Notes: generated by a model not told the origin, from the letters alone. 62,942 nt of DNA, filler included, from Octopus bimaculoides (GCF_001194135.2; 6 parts of 5 records of this genome joined end to end with filler, not necessarily neighbours in it); one strand, 5' to 3'. Shown: positions 42,416-54,990, counted from the whole stretch's first letter. Made by a program: numbers and translations.

Positions 42416-42862
42416 CCACGTTGACACGCAGTGAGACTGAACTCAGAACCATGTGGTTGCACAGCAAACTCCTTAATTCCTTCTGGATTATTTATATGTG
42501 GCGCAGAGATCGGGTTTCTTCCGTATCTTGATATATTTGTTTTTCTTTATGTTTGCTGTTTTTTTTAGGGTTTTTTTGGTAAAATCCTTTGTGTAACGTG
42601 TATGCGTGTTTGTAGAGATCTATGCGAACAGGTTGGTGTGTCTGTGCGTGCGTGTGTATGCGTGTGTGTGTGTATGAGTGTCTGTGTGTGGGTGGGATGT
42701 AGTTTTGGACATCAGATGTTTTTGGTTATAAAAGATTGAGGTTCTAAATGAATATGGTTTGTATTTCTTAATGGAAATTTGGCCATTAATAGGAAAGAGA
42801 AAAAATACTTATGGGAGATAAATTAAAGTTTTGGCTGAAGTCTTTTTCATTTGAAGTTTTGT

Positions 42863-42895
<33 letters not shown>

Positions 42896-42930
42896 ATTTA
42901 TGTATGTAGGTTTATATATATCTACACACA

Positions 42931-42998
<68 letters not shown>

Positions 42999-43774
42999 AA
43001 CGCGATGGACTTCTTTCAGGCTATATATACATATGTATGTATATATATAGATAGAGAGAGAGGAGTGAGAGGGAAAGAGATATATAGCTAAATAGATAGA
43101 CATGAATATATACATATATAATGTATGTATATATGTGTATGTATGTATGTATGTATGTATGTATGTATGCGTGCATGTATGTATGTATGTATGTATGTAT
43201 GAAACCACTTATAGGTCACAATATATCGATTTTAGATTATTTGAAATGTAAGATATATGGTAAATCTTTAAATAAACAAACATTTTTTAGCCTCGTTGTG
43301 AAAGTAAACGAAATGGTTCCATTTCATAGCCAGAAAGAATGGAATCGATCTGGCTAGTTTTTTGTCGCCTAAGGCCTTCATCATAGAAATAAAACCTTGC
43401 CTTCCCCCCTCCCCGCGATCCCCGTCTAAACCGTGATTAGCAGCTTTTAGTTATATACAGTGTGTATACAAATTAGAACTCATATCAGTGCATGCGCTGA
43501 CGTTGGTGACATCTTGTTCACATCAGCAGCAGAAAAGCGGCAGAGTGTACAATGAAGCAAATATTTGGTTAATACACGTTGTCTGCGCACGAACTGTTAT
43601 GCAAATAAATCTAACTAGCTTAAATGAGTTTTAAATTGCATACGCTATTAGTAACCATGGATTGAAATATCGATGAGTGGCGAATGAATGCAAAACATTC
43701 ACTATTTTATATGAAAATACAATGCAAAAATATAAATATGAATGCAGGGTGTGTGTGCGTATGTGGTTGTATAG

Positions 43775-43855
43775 TAGAAGACACTTGCCCAAGGTGCTAC
43801 GCAGTGGGGCTGGACCCAGATCCATGTAGTTGGTAAGCAAGCTACTTACCACGTG
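43775..43855 (-). mobile_element. Family D SINE head fragment
   Basis: AGTAGAAGACACTTGCCCAAGGTGCTACGCAGTGGGGCTGGACCC..ATGTAGTTGGTAAGCAAGCTACTTACCAC. Confidence 0.8.
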
Positions 43856-44036
43856 TGTTGGTGGACACACGGAAGAAAGTGGCACTCAACGTATTTGACA
43901 AGAGTTAGATATTTAATAACGGTTTACCTTATCTTGATGGAACTTAAAAGTTTTGTAAGCTTCTAGAAGGCCTGATCGTTCTACGAAGCTACGGAGATGA
44001 TGCGTGGAGATGAGTTAGACCATTATTTAATAACAG

Positions 44037-44099
<63 letters not shown>

Positions 44100-45149
44100 N
44101 NNNNNNNNNNNNNNNNNNNNNNNNNNNNNNNNNNNNNNNNNNNNNNNNNNNNNNNNNNNNNNNNNNNNNNNNNNNNNNNNNNNNNNNNNNNNNNNNNNNN
44201 NNNNNNNNNNNNNNNNNNNNNNNNNNNNNNNNNNNNNNNNNNNNNNNNNNNNNNNNNNNNNNNNNNNNNNNNNNNNNNNNNNNNNNNNNNNNNNNNNNNN
44301 NNNNNNNNNNNNNNNNNNNNNNNNNNNNNNNNNNNNNNNNNNNNNNNNNNNNNNNNNNNNNNNNNNNNNNNNNNNNNNNNNNNNNNNNNNNNNNNNNNNN
44401 NNNNNNNNNNNNNNNNNNNNNNNNNNNNNNNNNNNNNNNNNNNNNNNNNNNNNNNNNNNNNNNNNNNNNNNNNNNNNNNNNNNNNNNNNNNNNNNNNNNN
44501 NNNNNNNNNNNNNNNNNNNNNNNNNNNNNNNNNNNNNNNNNNNNNNNNNNNNNNNNNNNNNNNNNNNNNNNNNNNNNNNNNNNNNNNNNNNNNNNNNNNN
44601 NNNNNNNNNNNNNNNNNNNNNNNNNNNNNNNNNNNNNNNNNNNNNNNNNNNNNNNNNNNNNNNNNNNNNNNNNNNNNNNNNNNNNNNNNNNNNNNNNNNN
44701 NNNNNNNNNNNNNNNNNNNNNNNNNNNNNNNNNNNNNNNNNNNNNNNNNNNNNNNNNNNNNNNNNNNNNNNNNNNNNNNNNNNNNNNNNNNNNNNNNNNN
44801 NNNNNNNNNNNNNNNNNNNNNNNNNNNNNNNNNNNNNNNNNNNNNNNNNNNNNNNNNNNNNNNNNNNNNNNNNNNNNNNNNNNNNNNNNNNNNNNNNNNN
44901 NNNNNNNNNNNNNNNNNNNNNNNNNNNNNNNNNNNNNNNNNNNNNNNNNNNNNNNNNNNNNNNNNNNNNNNNNNNNNNNNNNNNNCAGGAAACAAAAACA
45001 ATAGAAATTTGAGACTTTTTGATCCTTTCTTAACGATTAAATTTTGATTAAACGTCAAAATGTCTGAAATATGTTGGTAATCACGTCAGAAATCCACAGA
45101 CAACCAACTTAATCTTTACGAATGAAAATGTTTCTAATATTTGGATTGG

Positions 45150-45352
45150 CTAAGGCAGTGAGTTGGTAGAAACGTTAGCACGCCGGGCGCAAATGCTTAG
45201 CGGTATTTCGTATGTCTTTATGTTCTGAGTTCAAATTCCACCGAGGTCGACTTTGCCTTTCATCCTTTCGTGGTCGATAAATTAAGTACCAGTTGCGTGC
45301 TGGAGGCGATCTAATCGACTGGCCCCCTCCACAAAAATTTCGGACCTTGTGC
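45150..45352 (+). mobile_element. Near full-length tail-A SINE
   Basis: GGCAGTGAGTTGGTAGAAACGTTAGCACGCCGGGC..GAGTTCAAATTCCACCGAGGTCGACTTTGCCTTTCATCC..CTGGCCCCCTCC. Confidence 0.9.
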
Positions 45353-46564
45353 AGGTAACACAAAATAGCTGGTTAGTACAGCTCCCTGACAGCGCTGTCG
45401 CGATTGAAGAAATATCATGTTAAATTCAACACAGCAAATCTCTGGCTGCTAATAGCTCGGTTGAGTAAGAAATTGTTAAAACAATTATTGGCTTTCCGTC
45501 TCTATTCTGGCTGAAAAATGAGAATGTGGTTTTAGCAGCGGTGGTCTCCAATATTTTGAAGTTTACCACGAAAATTTTGTCTATTTATAAGTTTCGTTAG
45601 AGGATTCTAGAAGGTTCTAGAAGGTTACCTCACGTGATGGCTCGATGATTATTGGTCGTTTAATCGGCCGATCACGTGAAATGATTATGACTAAGCCGTA
45701 ACTTTAACCCGGCAATTTGGCGGTTCGATTTCGAATTTGCTACAACGTCGATGGCGAAATACAACAAACTGAGGAGGAAGCAAATGACAGGTTTTATTGT
45801 AGAAAACATGATTTCTATTTTTTTTTTTTTTTTTAAGAATGCGATTTATATCATTTGAAGTTAATCCACAAATGAAAAGATAGTATTCAGTGCAATATCT
45901 AAAATTAGCAACATATTCTATTTGTAGTAGCGACACAATGAAAGAAACATAACTGATATAAATCGTTTAATTTTTACAAGAGACGGAGTAACAAATGAAG
46001 AAGATAGCGTTAAAAAATGGCGCTGGAGACAACGAAAAGAAGCAACCGACTTAAATATTTTCTTTTTAAAAGAGAACATAAGAAAATATACAGCAATAAT
46101 TTGTGAAATCTGAATTAGAAAGAATTATCAACTTATCAAAAGACAGCTTTCTCAGTCAGCACACTATGAATGATATTACTGAAAGTATGAGAAATAAATT
46201 TGAAAAAAATAATCTGGAGTGATTATTTCAAAGAATGAAACGATTTAAGCAAAGTAAAATACTTCAGTGAGATAAACATCAAAAATTATTTATTTTAAAT
46301 CAAGTTAAAAACATCATAAAATTACGAAATCCTTCAACGAAGAACAGATAGTAAAATATTGACAGTCACAATTATTAGGCACGAGGAAAACGAAAATTAA
46401 ACAAGAGCAAGATTGACATATTCCAAGACAAGTTAAACATTACAAGAGGAGGAAATGAGCCAGACCACGATATGAAAAAACAACCTGTTCGTTCTAACTT
46501 ATCAGTTGTAAATGTAAATGAATGTTTGGATGGGTTTTTTTGTGGGAAGAATTCTATAGTAGTA

Positions 46565-46810
46565 GTTACGGTGTTAAACTCACGGTCGGGAGATCATGGG
46601 TTCAATTCCTGGACCAGACGATGCGTTGTGTTCTTGAGCAAAACACTTTACCTCACCTTGCTCCATAATCACTTCGACACTTGACGTGTGGTACACCGTG
46701 CACACCTGTACAAGTAATATCGAATGATGGAGGGAGTGAGATAACAAAGAGGACATATTTGACCACCGTATACAAATAATCTGTTGCAGGTTGCTTAGCA
46801 ACACATTGCA
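46565..46810 (+). mobile_element. tRNA-derived CORE-like SINE (family F)
   Basis: B-box-like GGGTTCAATTCC followed by GTGTTCTTGAGCAAAACACTTTACCTCACCTTGCTC, which resembles the CORE central domain. Confidence 0.65.
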
Positions 46811-47289
46811 GAACCGTCTTTCTCGAAACGAGAGACTAGAATCTTTAGCTCTACAAGCTACACTTTACAGGAATTTGAGTCTTGAAAAGCAATATAAAGA
46901 AACCATTGTAAACTATTGTTATGTATGTGTGTTATACCTCTGAAGCTTTCAATAGTGAAGTGTAGAACATGGCGTACCAGCTAAACCCATTTGAGTAGAT
47001 TGGAAAAATGTGTTAGTCATATAAACATTACAAGGCTGGTGATAGTAACCCGAATAGCTGAGTTTTTCTTCGGCCCCTAACGCGACGCACTACCGACTCT
47101 CCAATATCTTTCAAAACACTTCAAATTCATTGCCTTCCATGGAACATCGGCCATCGAGGACTTTTCTCTACTGTTCTTGAATCTCAGTTGTCTCTTCTGT
47201 TCCTCTCCACTTGAAATCCTGCTTTTTTCAGCTCTACCTCAGCATCTCGCTTCCAGGTTCTTTGTGGGAGCGTATACGAATATGCATTT

Positions 47290-47533
47290 ACATGTGTACT
47301 CGCAGCAGAAGTGTTAAGACAGGTTCCTCTGATGATGAAATGCACTCGGATGGTGCCATGGAAAAGCACCCGTGCGATGGCAACTAAAGTGGGTGACGTT
47401 AGGAAGGACGTATAGTTGTAGAAACCAAGCCAAACGAGACTAGAGTCTGGTGCAGCTCCCCAGCTTGATAGCCCTTGTCAAACCGTCCAACCCATGCCAG
47501 CGTGGACAACGGACGTTAAATGATGATGATGAT
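47290..47533 (+). mobile_element. Non-LTR retroposon 3' end (probably RTE-related) with terminal stem-loop and (TGA)n tail
   Basis: Ends GTCAAACCGTCCAACCCATGCCAGCGTGGACAACGGACGTTAAATGATGATGATGAT; CGTCC/GGACG stem precedes a microsatellite tail. Confidence 0.6.
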
Positions 47534-47683
47534 ATGTATATGTGCATACATGTATCTCAGTATATGCGCATGTATGTGTCTGTCTGTACATATGCAACAT
47601 ATCTGCGTAACGTGTAGAAGTATATACGTATTTATAACCTATAACAAACGGAAATACACGTTATACGACCATAGATATTATGC

Positions 47684-47718
<35 letters not shown>

Positions 47719-47726
47719 CACAAATC

Positions 47727-47758
<32 letters not shown>

Positions 47759-48103
47759 GAATATATGTGCGTTTGTATGTCACAGTTGCTAGATGCATGC
47801 ATAGATACGTACATATGGAAACGCATAACATACATACATACATATATATACATATATACGTACATGCATACAAACGTACATAAATACATACAGGGTTATA
47901 TACATACGTAACATACATTCACACACACATAACACAGAAGCAAACACACGTGCATGCAAACATACATGCATAAAATACATGCACACATACATATATACAT
48001 ACATGGATACATAAGTGCATGCAATCATATATAACATACATGCATAACATATATAGCATATATAATATACATAATATGCATATATCCATATATCATATAC
48101 ACA

Positions 48104-48154
48104 TAACTGCTATAGATACGTAACTGCTATAGATACGTAACTGCTATAGATATA
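48104..48154. repeat. 17-bp minisatellite x3 (TAACTGCTATAGATACG)
   Basis: Two identical units plus a third ending ATA. Confidence 0.95.
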
Positions 48155-48559
48155 TAACATTTTATACATGGAATACATACATTCATATATGCAAACGTGC
48201 ATAAATACAAATATACATACATGACATACATAAGCATATACAAAACGCCTACATACTGAATATAAATGCATATACACAAGCATACATTTATACATGCATA
48301 AATACATGTGTAGATACACACAAACATATATACATTGCATACATACATTACATTACATACATATTTACATGCATGCATACACACACGCTGTTATTCATGT
48401 AGGCAATCACTCAAAAACAATAAAAATGGCGACCAAATTTCTTTTTACGCATCACCGCTCAACGTTTAGGGAAATAACCAGCAGTGACTAATGCGACATT
48501 AATATCTATTGATATCCATTAGAAGATCCATCACTGATGAAATCATTCGATAGATGCCC

Positions 48560-48680
48560 TTGCTCTATAGACAGTGTAAATATCAATAGGATCAAACATT
48601 CCGTTCGGCTTAGATGGTCATATATTTGCAGCGAGACGGAGACATCCCGACGTTTGCGTTTTACGGCAAAGGGCAATGAC
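48560..48680 (+). mobile_element. RTE-like LINE C-terminal fragment
   Basis: Frameshifted pieces VRLRW / GHI / RDGDIPTFAFYG match the LRW.GH..R..D.RIP...FYG motif. Confidence 0.5.
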
Positions 48681-49048
48681 GTGCTCAGAAAATGATAAAC
48701 AAATTTCAGACGACATGTCGGCTCTCGTTTATTTCATTTACTTAGTTGTTAGTGTAGGCGGTTGTGTATGTTTGTGTGTGTGTGTGTATGTGTGTGTGTA
48801 TATATATGTGTGTGTTTGTGTGTGCGCGTGTGTGCGTTATTTGACTGCAAGAGTGTCACAAACACAAACGCAACCGCTCCTGGTCTATGTATATGTATAT
48901 ATGTATATATATATATATAATATATGGTGCGTATATATACGTAATATATATAGAGAGAGGGGCGAGGGGGGGAGAGAGAAAGAAGGATTGATAGAAAGAT
49001 AGATAGAAAGATAGACAGATAGACAGATGGATGGATAGATAGATAGAG

Positions 49049-49125
<77 letters not shown>

Positions 49126-49204
49126 TGTACACGAGTGGGTGGACTCATGGACGGACGGACGGACGGACAGATCGATGCATGCATGCATAGATGGATAGAC
49201 AACC

Positions 49205-49312
<108 letters not shown>

Positions 49313-50629
49313 TAGATAAGAAAAATAGAGAAAAATATACTATTGAAAAGGATATTTGAAGAAGTCACATGGCACAACGCACGTTGGTATTGAGACAACG
49401 ATGAAAGCAAGGAGAATATCTACATTTTTGTGCTAAACCCTTTAATAGTTATGCTTAGTTCTCTCAAATACGCGCATATGGGCACACATGCACGTTCATA
49501 CACTGATGTATAGACGAAATATAAAGAATTAGATATAAATTTGAATACCAATTCCTCGATTTCTTTCGCAATACAAACCATATACAGGAATATGATTTAT
49601 GTACGCGTGCATGTATACATATATGTATATATATACACGAGGACTACATCCATATCTAGACAATCGTTCTTACATTGATACATAATATATACATATATGC
49701 ATATCTGTGTGTGTGCGTACATAGTTATTTGTATATGTGTATGTATTTAAGTACGAGTTAAATATAAAAACTAAATATTTTCGTTGAAAACAGCTGCTTA
49801 TCAAAAAAACTGCTGACGTCAGATATCACATGACAACGCTCTAAGCTAGTTGTATGTCTCAATATGGCATCTACCATAGATGACTGTTCCACTCCAGCTG
49901 TTATCCCTGACTGTCTTTTACTGGTTCTTGCTTGTACTTCTTCTACATTCAAAATTCCAATTATTTTAAAATGCATGTTAAGCATACACACACACACACA
50001 CACACACACNNNNNNNNNNNNNNNNNNNNNNNNNNNNNNNNNNNNNNNNNNNNNNNNNNNNNNNNNNNNNNNNNNNNNNNNNNNNNNNNNNNNNNNNNNN
50101 NNNNNNNNNNNNNNNNNNNNNNNNNNNNNNNNNNNNNNNNNNNNNNNNNNNNNNNNNNNNNNNNNNNNNNNNNNNNNNNNNNNNNNNNNNNNNNNNNNNN
50201 NNNNNNNNNNNNNNNNNNNNNNNNNNNNNNNNNNNNNNNNNNNNNNNNNNNNNNNNNNNNNNNNNNNNNNNNNNNNNNNNNNNNNNNNNNNNNNNNNNNN
50301 NNNNNNNNNNNNNNNNNNNNNNNNNNNNNNNNNNNNNNNNNNNNNNNNNNNNNNNNNNNNNNNNNNNNNNNNNNNNNNNNNNNNNNNNNNNNNNNNNNNN
50401 NNNNNNNNNNNNNNNNNNNNNNNNNNNNNNNNNNNNNNNNNNNNNNNNNNNNNNNNNNNNNNNNNNNNNNNNNNNNNNNNNNNNNNNNNNNNNNNNNNNN
50501 NNNNNNNNNNNGTCGTATATATAAGTGTGTGAGTGTGTGTGTGTGTATGCGTCTGTGTCGGTGTGTCTGTGTGTCTGTGTGTGTGCACGTGTGTGTGCAC
50601 GTGTGTGTGCACGTGTGTGTGCGCGTGTG

Positions 50630-50806
50630 TGTGTGTTTGTGTGTCTGTTTTCCCCCACCCCCACCCCCGATGTTGGTGTGTTTACGTTCCCGTAACCTGG
50701 ATGTTCGGCAATAGAGACCGATAGAATAAGTACTAGGCTTACAAAGAATATGTTCTGGGGTCGATTTGTTCGACTAAAGGCGGTGCTCCAGCATGGCCAC
50801 AGTCAC
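50630..50806 (+). mobile_element. Family D SINE, 3' module
   Basis: GATGTTGGTGTGTTTACGTTCCCGTAACCTGG..GAGACCGATAGAATAAGTACTAGGCTTACAAAGAAT..GGCGGTGCTCCAGCATGGCCACAGTC. Confidence 0.85.
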
Positions 50807-50815
50807 ACACACACG

Positions 50816-50857
<42 letters not shown>

Positions 50858-51010
50858 TACGACAGGCTTCTTTCAGTTTCCGTCTACCAAATCCACTCAC
50901 AAGGCTTTGGTCGGCCTGAGGCTATAGTAGAAGACACTTGCCCAAGGTGCCACGGTGTGGGACTGAACTCGGAACCATGTGGTTGGTAAGCAAGCTACTT
51001 ACCACACAGC
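50858..51010 (-). mobile_element. Family D SINE, 5' module, well preserved
   Basis: CTTCTTTCAGTTTCCGTCTACCAAATCCACTCACAAGGCTTTGGTCGGCC..GACACTTGCCCAAGGTGCCACG..GGGACTGAAC..ACCACACAGCCA. Confidence 0.9.
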
Positions 51011-51582
51011 CATATTTTCTATACAAAGAGCATAGGCTCGAAACGATAAAGATTTCTTCCATTTTTCCTGAGCGTCAAAACCAACACACCCAGTTTGTTT
51101 CACTTTTACCTCGTCTTTATTCTCCTTATTTTTGGATTATATACGTATATATCCGTGTGCGTGTACACGTGTGTGTGTGTGTGTGTATACGTGTGTGTGT
51201 TTGTGTGGGTGCATGAGTGCCTCTACACGCGCGCGCATAACATGCATTTTACACTAATTGGAATGCGTATGAGAAGGTCCTAAACCAGAAACAGCAATGA
51301 ACATCTGGGTGGATATCAGTTGGAGTGGGACAGTCATCTTCGGTGGTTGCCATCTTAAGACGCATGAGTGGATTACAGCATTGTCATGTGATATGTGACG
51401 TCAGCATTGGCTCAGCAATTTTTGGCTATGCAGCAGGTTGCTCTGCGGGAATATTTTTAGTTTATACATTTAAATCGTACACATATACACAGACGCATAA
51501 ACCCACCTATGTACACACACATACACGTGTATATGTATATATGTATCTATCTATGAATAAATATACGTAACTTTATATGAGA

Positions 51583-51628
<46 letters not shown>

Positions 51629-51844
51629 NNNNNNNNNNNNNNNNNNNNNNNNNNNNNNNNNNNNNNNNNNNNTTAATTAATTAANNNNNNNNNNNNNNNN
51701 NNNNNNNNNNNNNNNNNNNNNNNNNNNNGAAGAATTAGGTTCCTTCTGTGTCTGCTCTACCTGTACGTTTTGTAGTATTTAATGCATTTTACATTTATTG
51801 AGTAAACTGAACGCCACGCATCCCGACTTTTGTTAAAAGTAAGG

Positions 51845-51884
<40 letters not shown>

Positions 51885-51885
51885 C

Positions 51886-52058
51886 ATAATTATATACATA
51901 ATTATAACAAGGGATTGGCAAATGCCTCAAAACGTTCTGAAAATAGACGCCAAATGGCGCTAAACCCCACTTAAAAACTCTACCGCCACTTGGCGTTGAT
52001 TTTCAGTGCGTGGTGAGGCGTTTTGCCAATCCCTTGTTATAATTATGTATGTAATTAT
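51886..52058. mobile_element. 173-bp near-palindromic MITE-like element next to a (TA)n tract
   Basis: Outer arms 51886-51929 / 52014-52058 match at 42/45; inner arms 51937-51959 / 51984-52006 match at 20/23; 24-nt central loop. Confidence 0.7.
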
Positions 52059-52082
52059 TAATATAATATTTGGTAAATATAT

Positions 52083-52170
52083 AGCGGTGAGTTGGCAGAA
52101 ACGTTAGCACGCTGGGCGAAATGCTAAGCGGTATTTCGTCTGTCTTTACATTCTGAGTTCAAATTCCGCA
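52083..52170 (+). mobile_element. Family A/B/C SINE head (a tail-A fragment follows at 52436-52518)
   Basis: GCGGTGAGTTGGCAGAAACGTTAGCACGCTGGGCGAAATGCTAAGCGGTATTTCG..GAGTTCAAATTCCGC. Confidence 0.85.
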
Positions 52171-52601
52171 AATGCATATTTTTTCAAAGGGAAAAAACTT
52201 AATTAAATTTCGTTACATATACGCGTGTGTGTGTTGTGTGTGGTGATGCGCTTTTGTATACAGACAAGTACATATACTCATATTGCGTATATGGAAATAT
52301 ATGTATATATATATATACATTTATTTATATATTCAAATACATATATGTATATAAGTAGATAGATAGACATATAAATAGATAGATAGATAGGTCTCTTTAT
52401 TAGTCACACAGGGCCGAACACAGAGGGGACAAAATACAGTTGCGTACTGGGGTCGATCTAATCGACTGGCCCCTTCCCCCAAAACTTCGGGCTTTGTGCC
52501 TAGAGTAGAAAAGAATATTTGGAAAATTTTTCAATAAGGTTTTTATTTTCGTGCTGTCTTGATAAAGTCATAAATGATTTTATCCTTGATTATATAATTA
52601 A

Positions 52602-52656
<55 letters not shown>

Positions 52657-52939
52657 TGTAAATCCAAAACAAAAAAATAACAACAAAACTACAAAGGATT
52701 CCGCGGTACACGTGTTTCAAGCTCTACATGTGTATAATATAATATAATATAATATAACATAATATAATATGTGTATAATCTACAATGTAAAGCTATCCTC
52801 AGCCGCAAAATTATCTCTCTCCCAGGAAATTATACCATCTCGACGTTGAAGTAAGAAGAAATGTGTGATGTAAGAGGTGAAGATCCTTTCGGTATATATA
52901 TATATAAGTTACGGGGATGTAAACACACCAGTATCGGTT

Positions 52940-53115
52940 GTAAGTATTTGTGTCTGTGTTTGTCCCCCACTATCGCTTGACAACTGATGCTGGTGTGTTT
53001 ACATCCCCGTAACTTAGCGGTTCAGCAAAAGAGAGCGATAGAATAAGTACAAGGCGTACAAAGAATAAGCCGGTGCTCCAGTATGGCCGCAGTCAAATAA
53101 CTGAAACAATTAAAA
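52940..53115 (+). mobile_element. Family D SINE, 3' module
   Basis: TGTTTGTCCCCCACTATCGCTTGACAACTGATGCTGGTGTGTTTAC..CGGTGCTCCAGTATGGCCGCAGTCAAATAACTGAAAC. Confidence 0.85.
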
Positions 53116-53197
53116 GAATAAGAGAATAAGATAAAAATTGAGTGAAAATCCTTTTATGGAAGACAACGATAACAATGTGAAGCAACATATATCAATA

Positions 53198-53760
53198 ATG
53201 TAGTGTGGTTAAGAAGCTTTCTTCCCAACCAGATGGTTCCGGGTTCAGTCCCACTGCGTGGCACTTTGGGCAAGTGTCTTCTACTATGGCCACGGGCCGA
53301 CCAAAGCCTTGTGAGTGGATTTGGTAGACAGTATCTGAGTCGTAATCTGTCGAAAGTATGTGTGGGTGCGTGCGCGCGTGTGTATTTGTGTTTGTGTGTT
53401 TGCGTATGTGTTTGTGTGTGTGTGTATGTATTTTTGTGTGTGTGTTTGTGTGTATGTGTGTATGTGTTTGTGTGTGTCTATGTGTTTGTGTTTGTGTATC
53501 TGTATGCGTGTCTGTGTTTTTGTGTGCATGCGTGTGTGTTTGTGTATGTGTGTGTGTGCGCTTGTGCCCCCCCCCCCACTACTTGACAACGGGTTCTGGT
53601 TTCTTTACCGTCACACAACTTAGCAGTTCGGTAAAAGAGACTAATAGAATAAGTACAAGACCTAGAAAAGAAGCGTAAGCACTGATTGATTTGTTCGACT
53701 AAAAATTCTTCACGGCGATGCTCCAGCATGGCCACAATCCAATGATTGAAAGAAGCAAGC
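53198..53760 (+). mobile_element. Full-length family D SINE with ~215-bp internal TG microsatellite
   Basis: tRNA-like head (TAGTGTGGTTAAG; GGGTTCAGTCCC), CORE-like GCACTTTGGGCAAGTGTCTT, TG tract ~53345-53560, then the 3' module. Confidence 0.9.
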
Positions 53761-54663
53761 GATAATAATGGTAAATAAAACTGGTTTAGAGTCTCCCCAG
53801 GGAAGACAATGAGGAGAAACCGATACAATTTGTGCCAATAATGTTCGGCATTTTGCGTTCAGTTTGTCCCAGAAGGAAAATCTGGAATTTAGAAAAACAT
53901 AAAAAAAAGGAGAGATAATTGTGAGGAATCAAAAGCGAAAATTAACATGTTGGCCCCCGAGCCTCGTTTTAGATTTTAGTCCAGGGTCCCAATACGTTAT
54001 CTTAATCTTGACATGAGCAGCGTAATATTTTTACACTACACCGTATGTGAGGCAAGGGTCATATAGGTAGTGTTAGATACCTACGTCCCACCGGAGGGTC
54101 GTATGGTATCTTAGTTCAAATCACATCCTAGATACCACACAACCCACCCGTGGTCAAATAAAAATTTTGGGGTATTTCCTATTGGAAGATCTTGAAATCT
54201 TTTCAAAAAGAATTATTTTGCTTTCCATGGCAAGTAAAATATTTTTCATTCCCTTCTGTTTCTATTGGAAAATCTACCAATTTTTTCCAGAACAAACTAT
54301 TTTTGCTTCAATGACAAATAAAATTCTCTCTTTTATTTTACCTCATTACAGGGTGAAATCAGAAGAAAATCGTTAAAAAAAAATAATATCGAAAATCTAT
54401 AAAGAATTGTTCTCTTAGTGTAGCAAAAGCACAAATCAAAGCAATCGGGTCATTCCAGCTCTCAGAAAACTCATGGGAAATAAATTTTAAAATCCACCTG
54501 CTGGTGGGTCAGGCGGGACTCATTAACATAACACCATGAGCCACCACCAGGACGTGAGGGAGCCAACGTGTTGAAAAATCGTTTAACTGAAGAAATCATG
54601 GACAAGGAAAAGATGAACAGTTAAAAGTTGTGAATGAAATAAATTTAAAAGAAAGAAAAGATT

Positions 54664-54766
54664 GGGGAACCCAGGGGAAATGGAAACGAGGAGAACCCAG
54701 GGTGAACAGGGGAAACCAGGGGAACCCTGGGGAAAGGGAGCCCAAGGGAAACCAGGGTAACCCAGG
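54664..54766 (+). repeat. G-rich degenerate ~9-bp repeat (GGGAAMCCA) with a canonical G-quadruplex motif
   Basis: Seven G3+ tracts separated by 3-7 nt loops between 54700 and 54757. Confidence 0.7.
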
Positions 54767-54789
54767 AGTTATTTTTCATCTTTTATTTG

Positions 54790-54990
54790 TTTCAGTCTTT
54801 GGAATGCGACCGTACAGGAGCAGCGCTTGGAAGAGGTTTTAATCAAACAAATCAACCCCAGTACTTATTTTTGTGTCTGGTACTGATTCAATCGCTCCCT
54901 TTTGCCGAACCGCTAATGTTACGGTGAGGTAAGTCAGCCCACACTATTCACCAAGCGGTGGGTGGGGTGGAGGAACAAACACAGAAGCAA
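54790..54990 (-). mobile_element. Family D-related SINE, 3' module
   Basis: TTTGTTTCAGTC..GGAGCAGCGCTTGGAAG..AACCCCAGTACTTATT..TTTTGCCGAACCGCTAA. Confidence 0.65.

Larger units (their letters stand above)
49811..51406. repeat. Inverted pair of a 96-bp repeat (49811-49906 and 51311-51406)
   Basis: Ungapped hand alignment of the reverse complement of copy 1 to copy 2: 77/96 identical. Confidence 0.85.
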
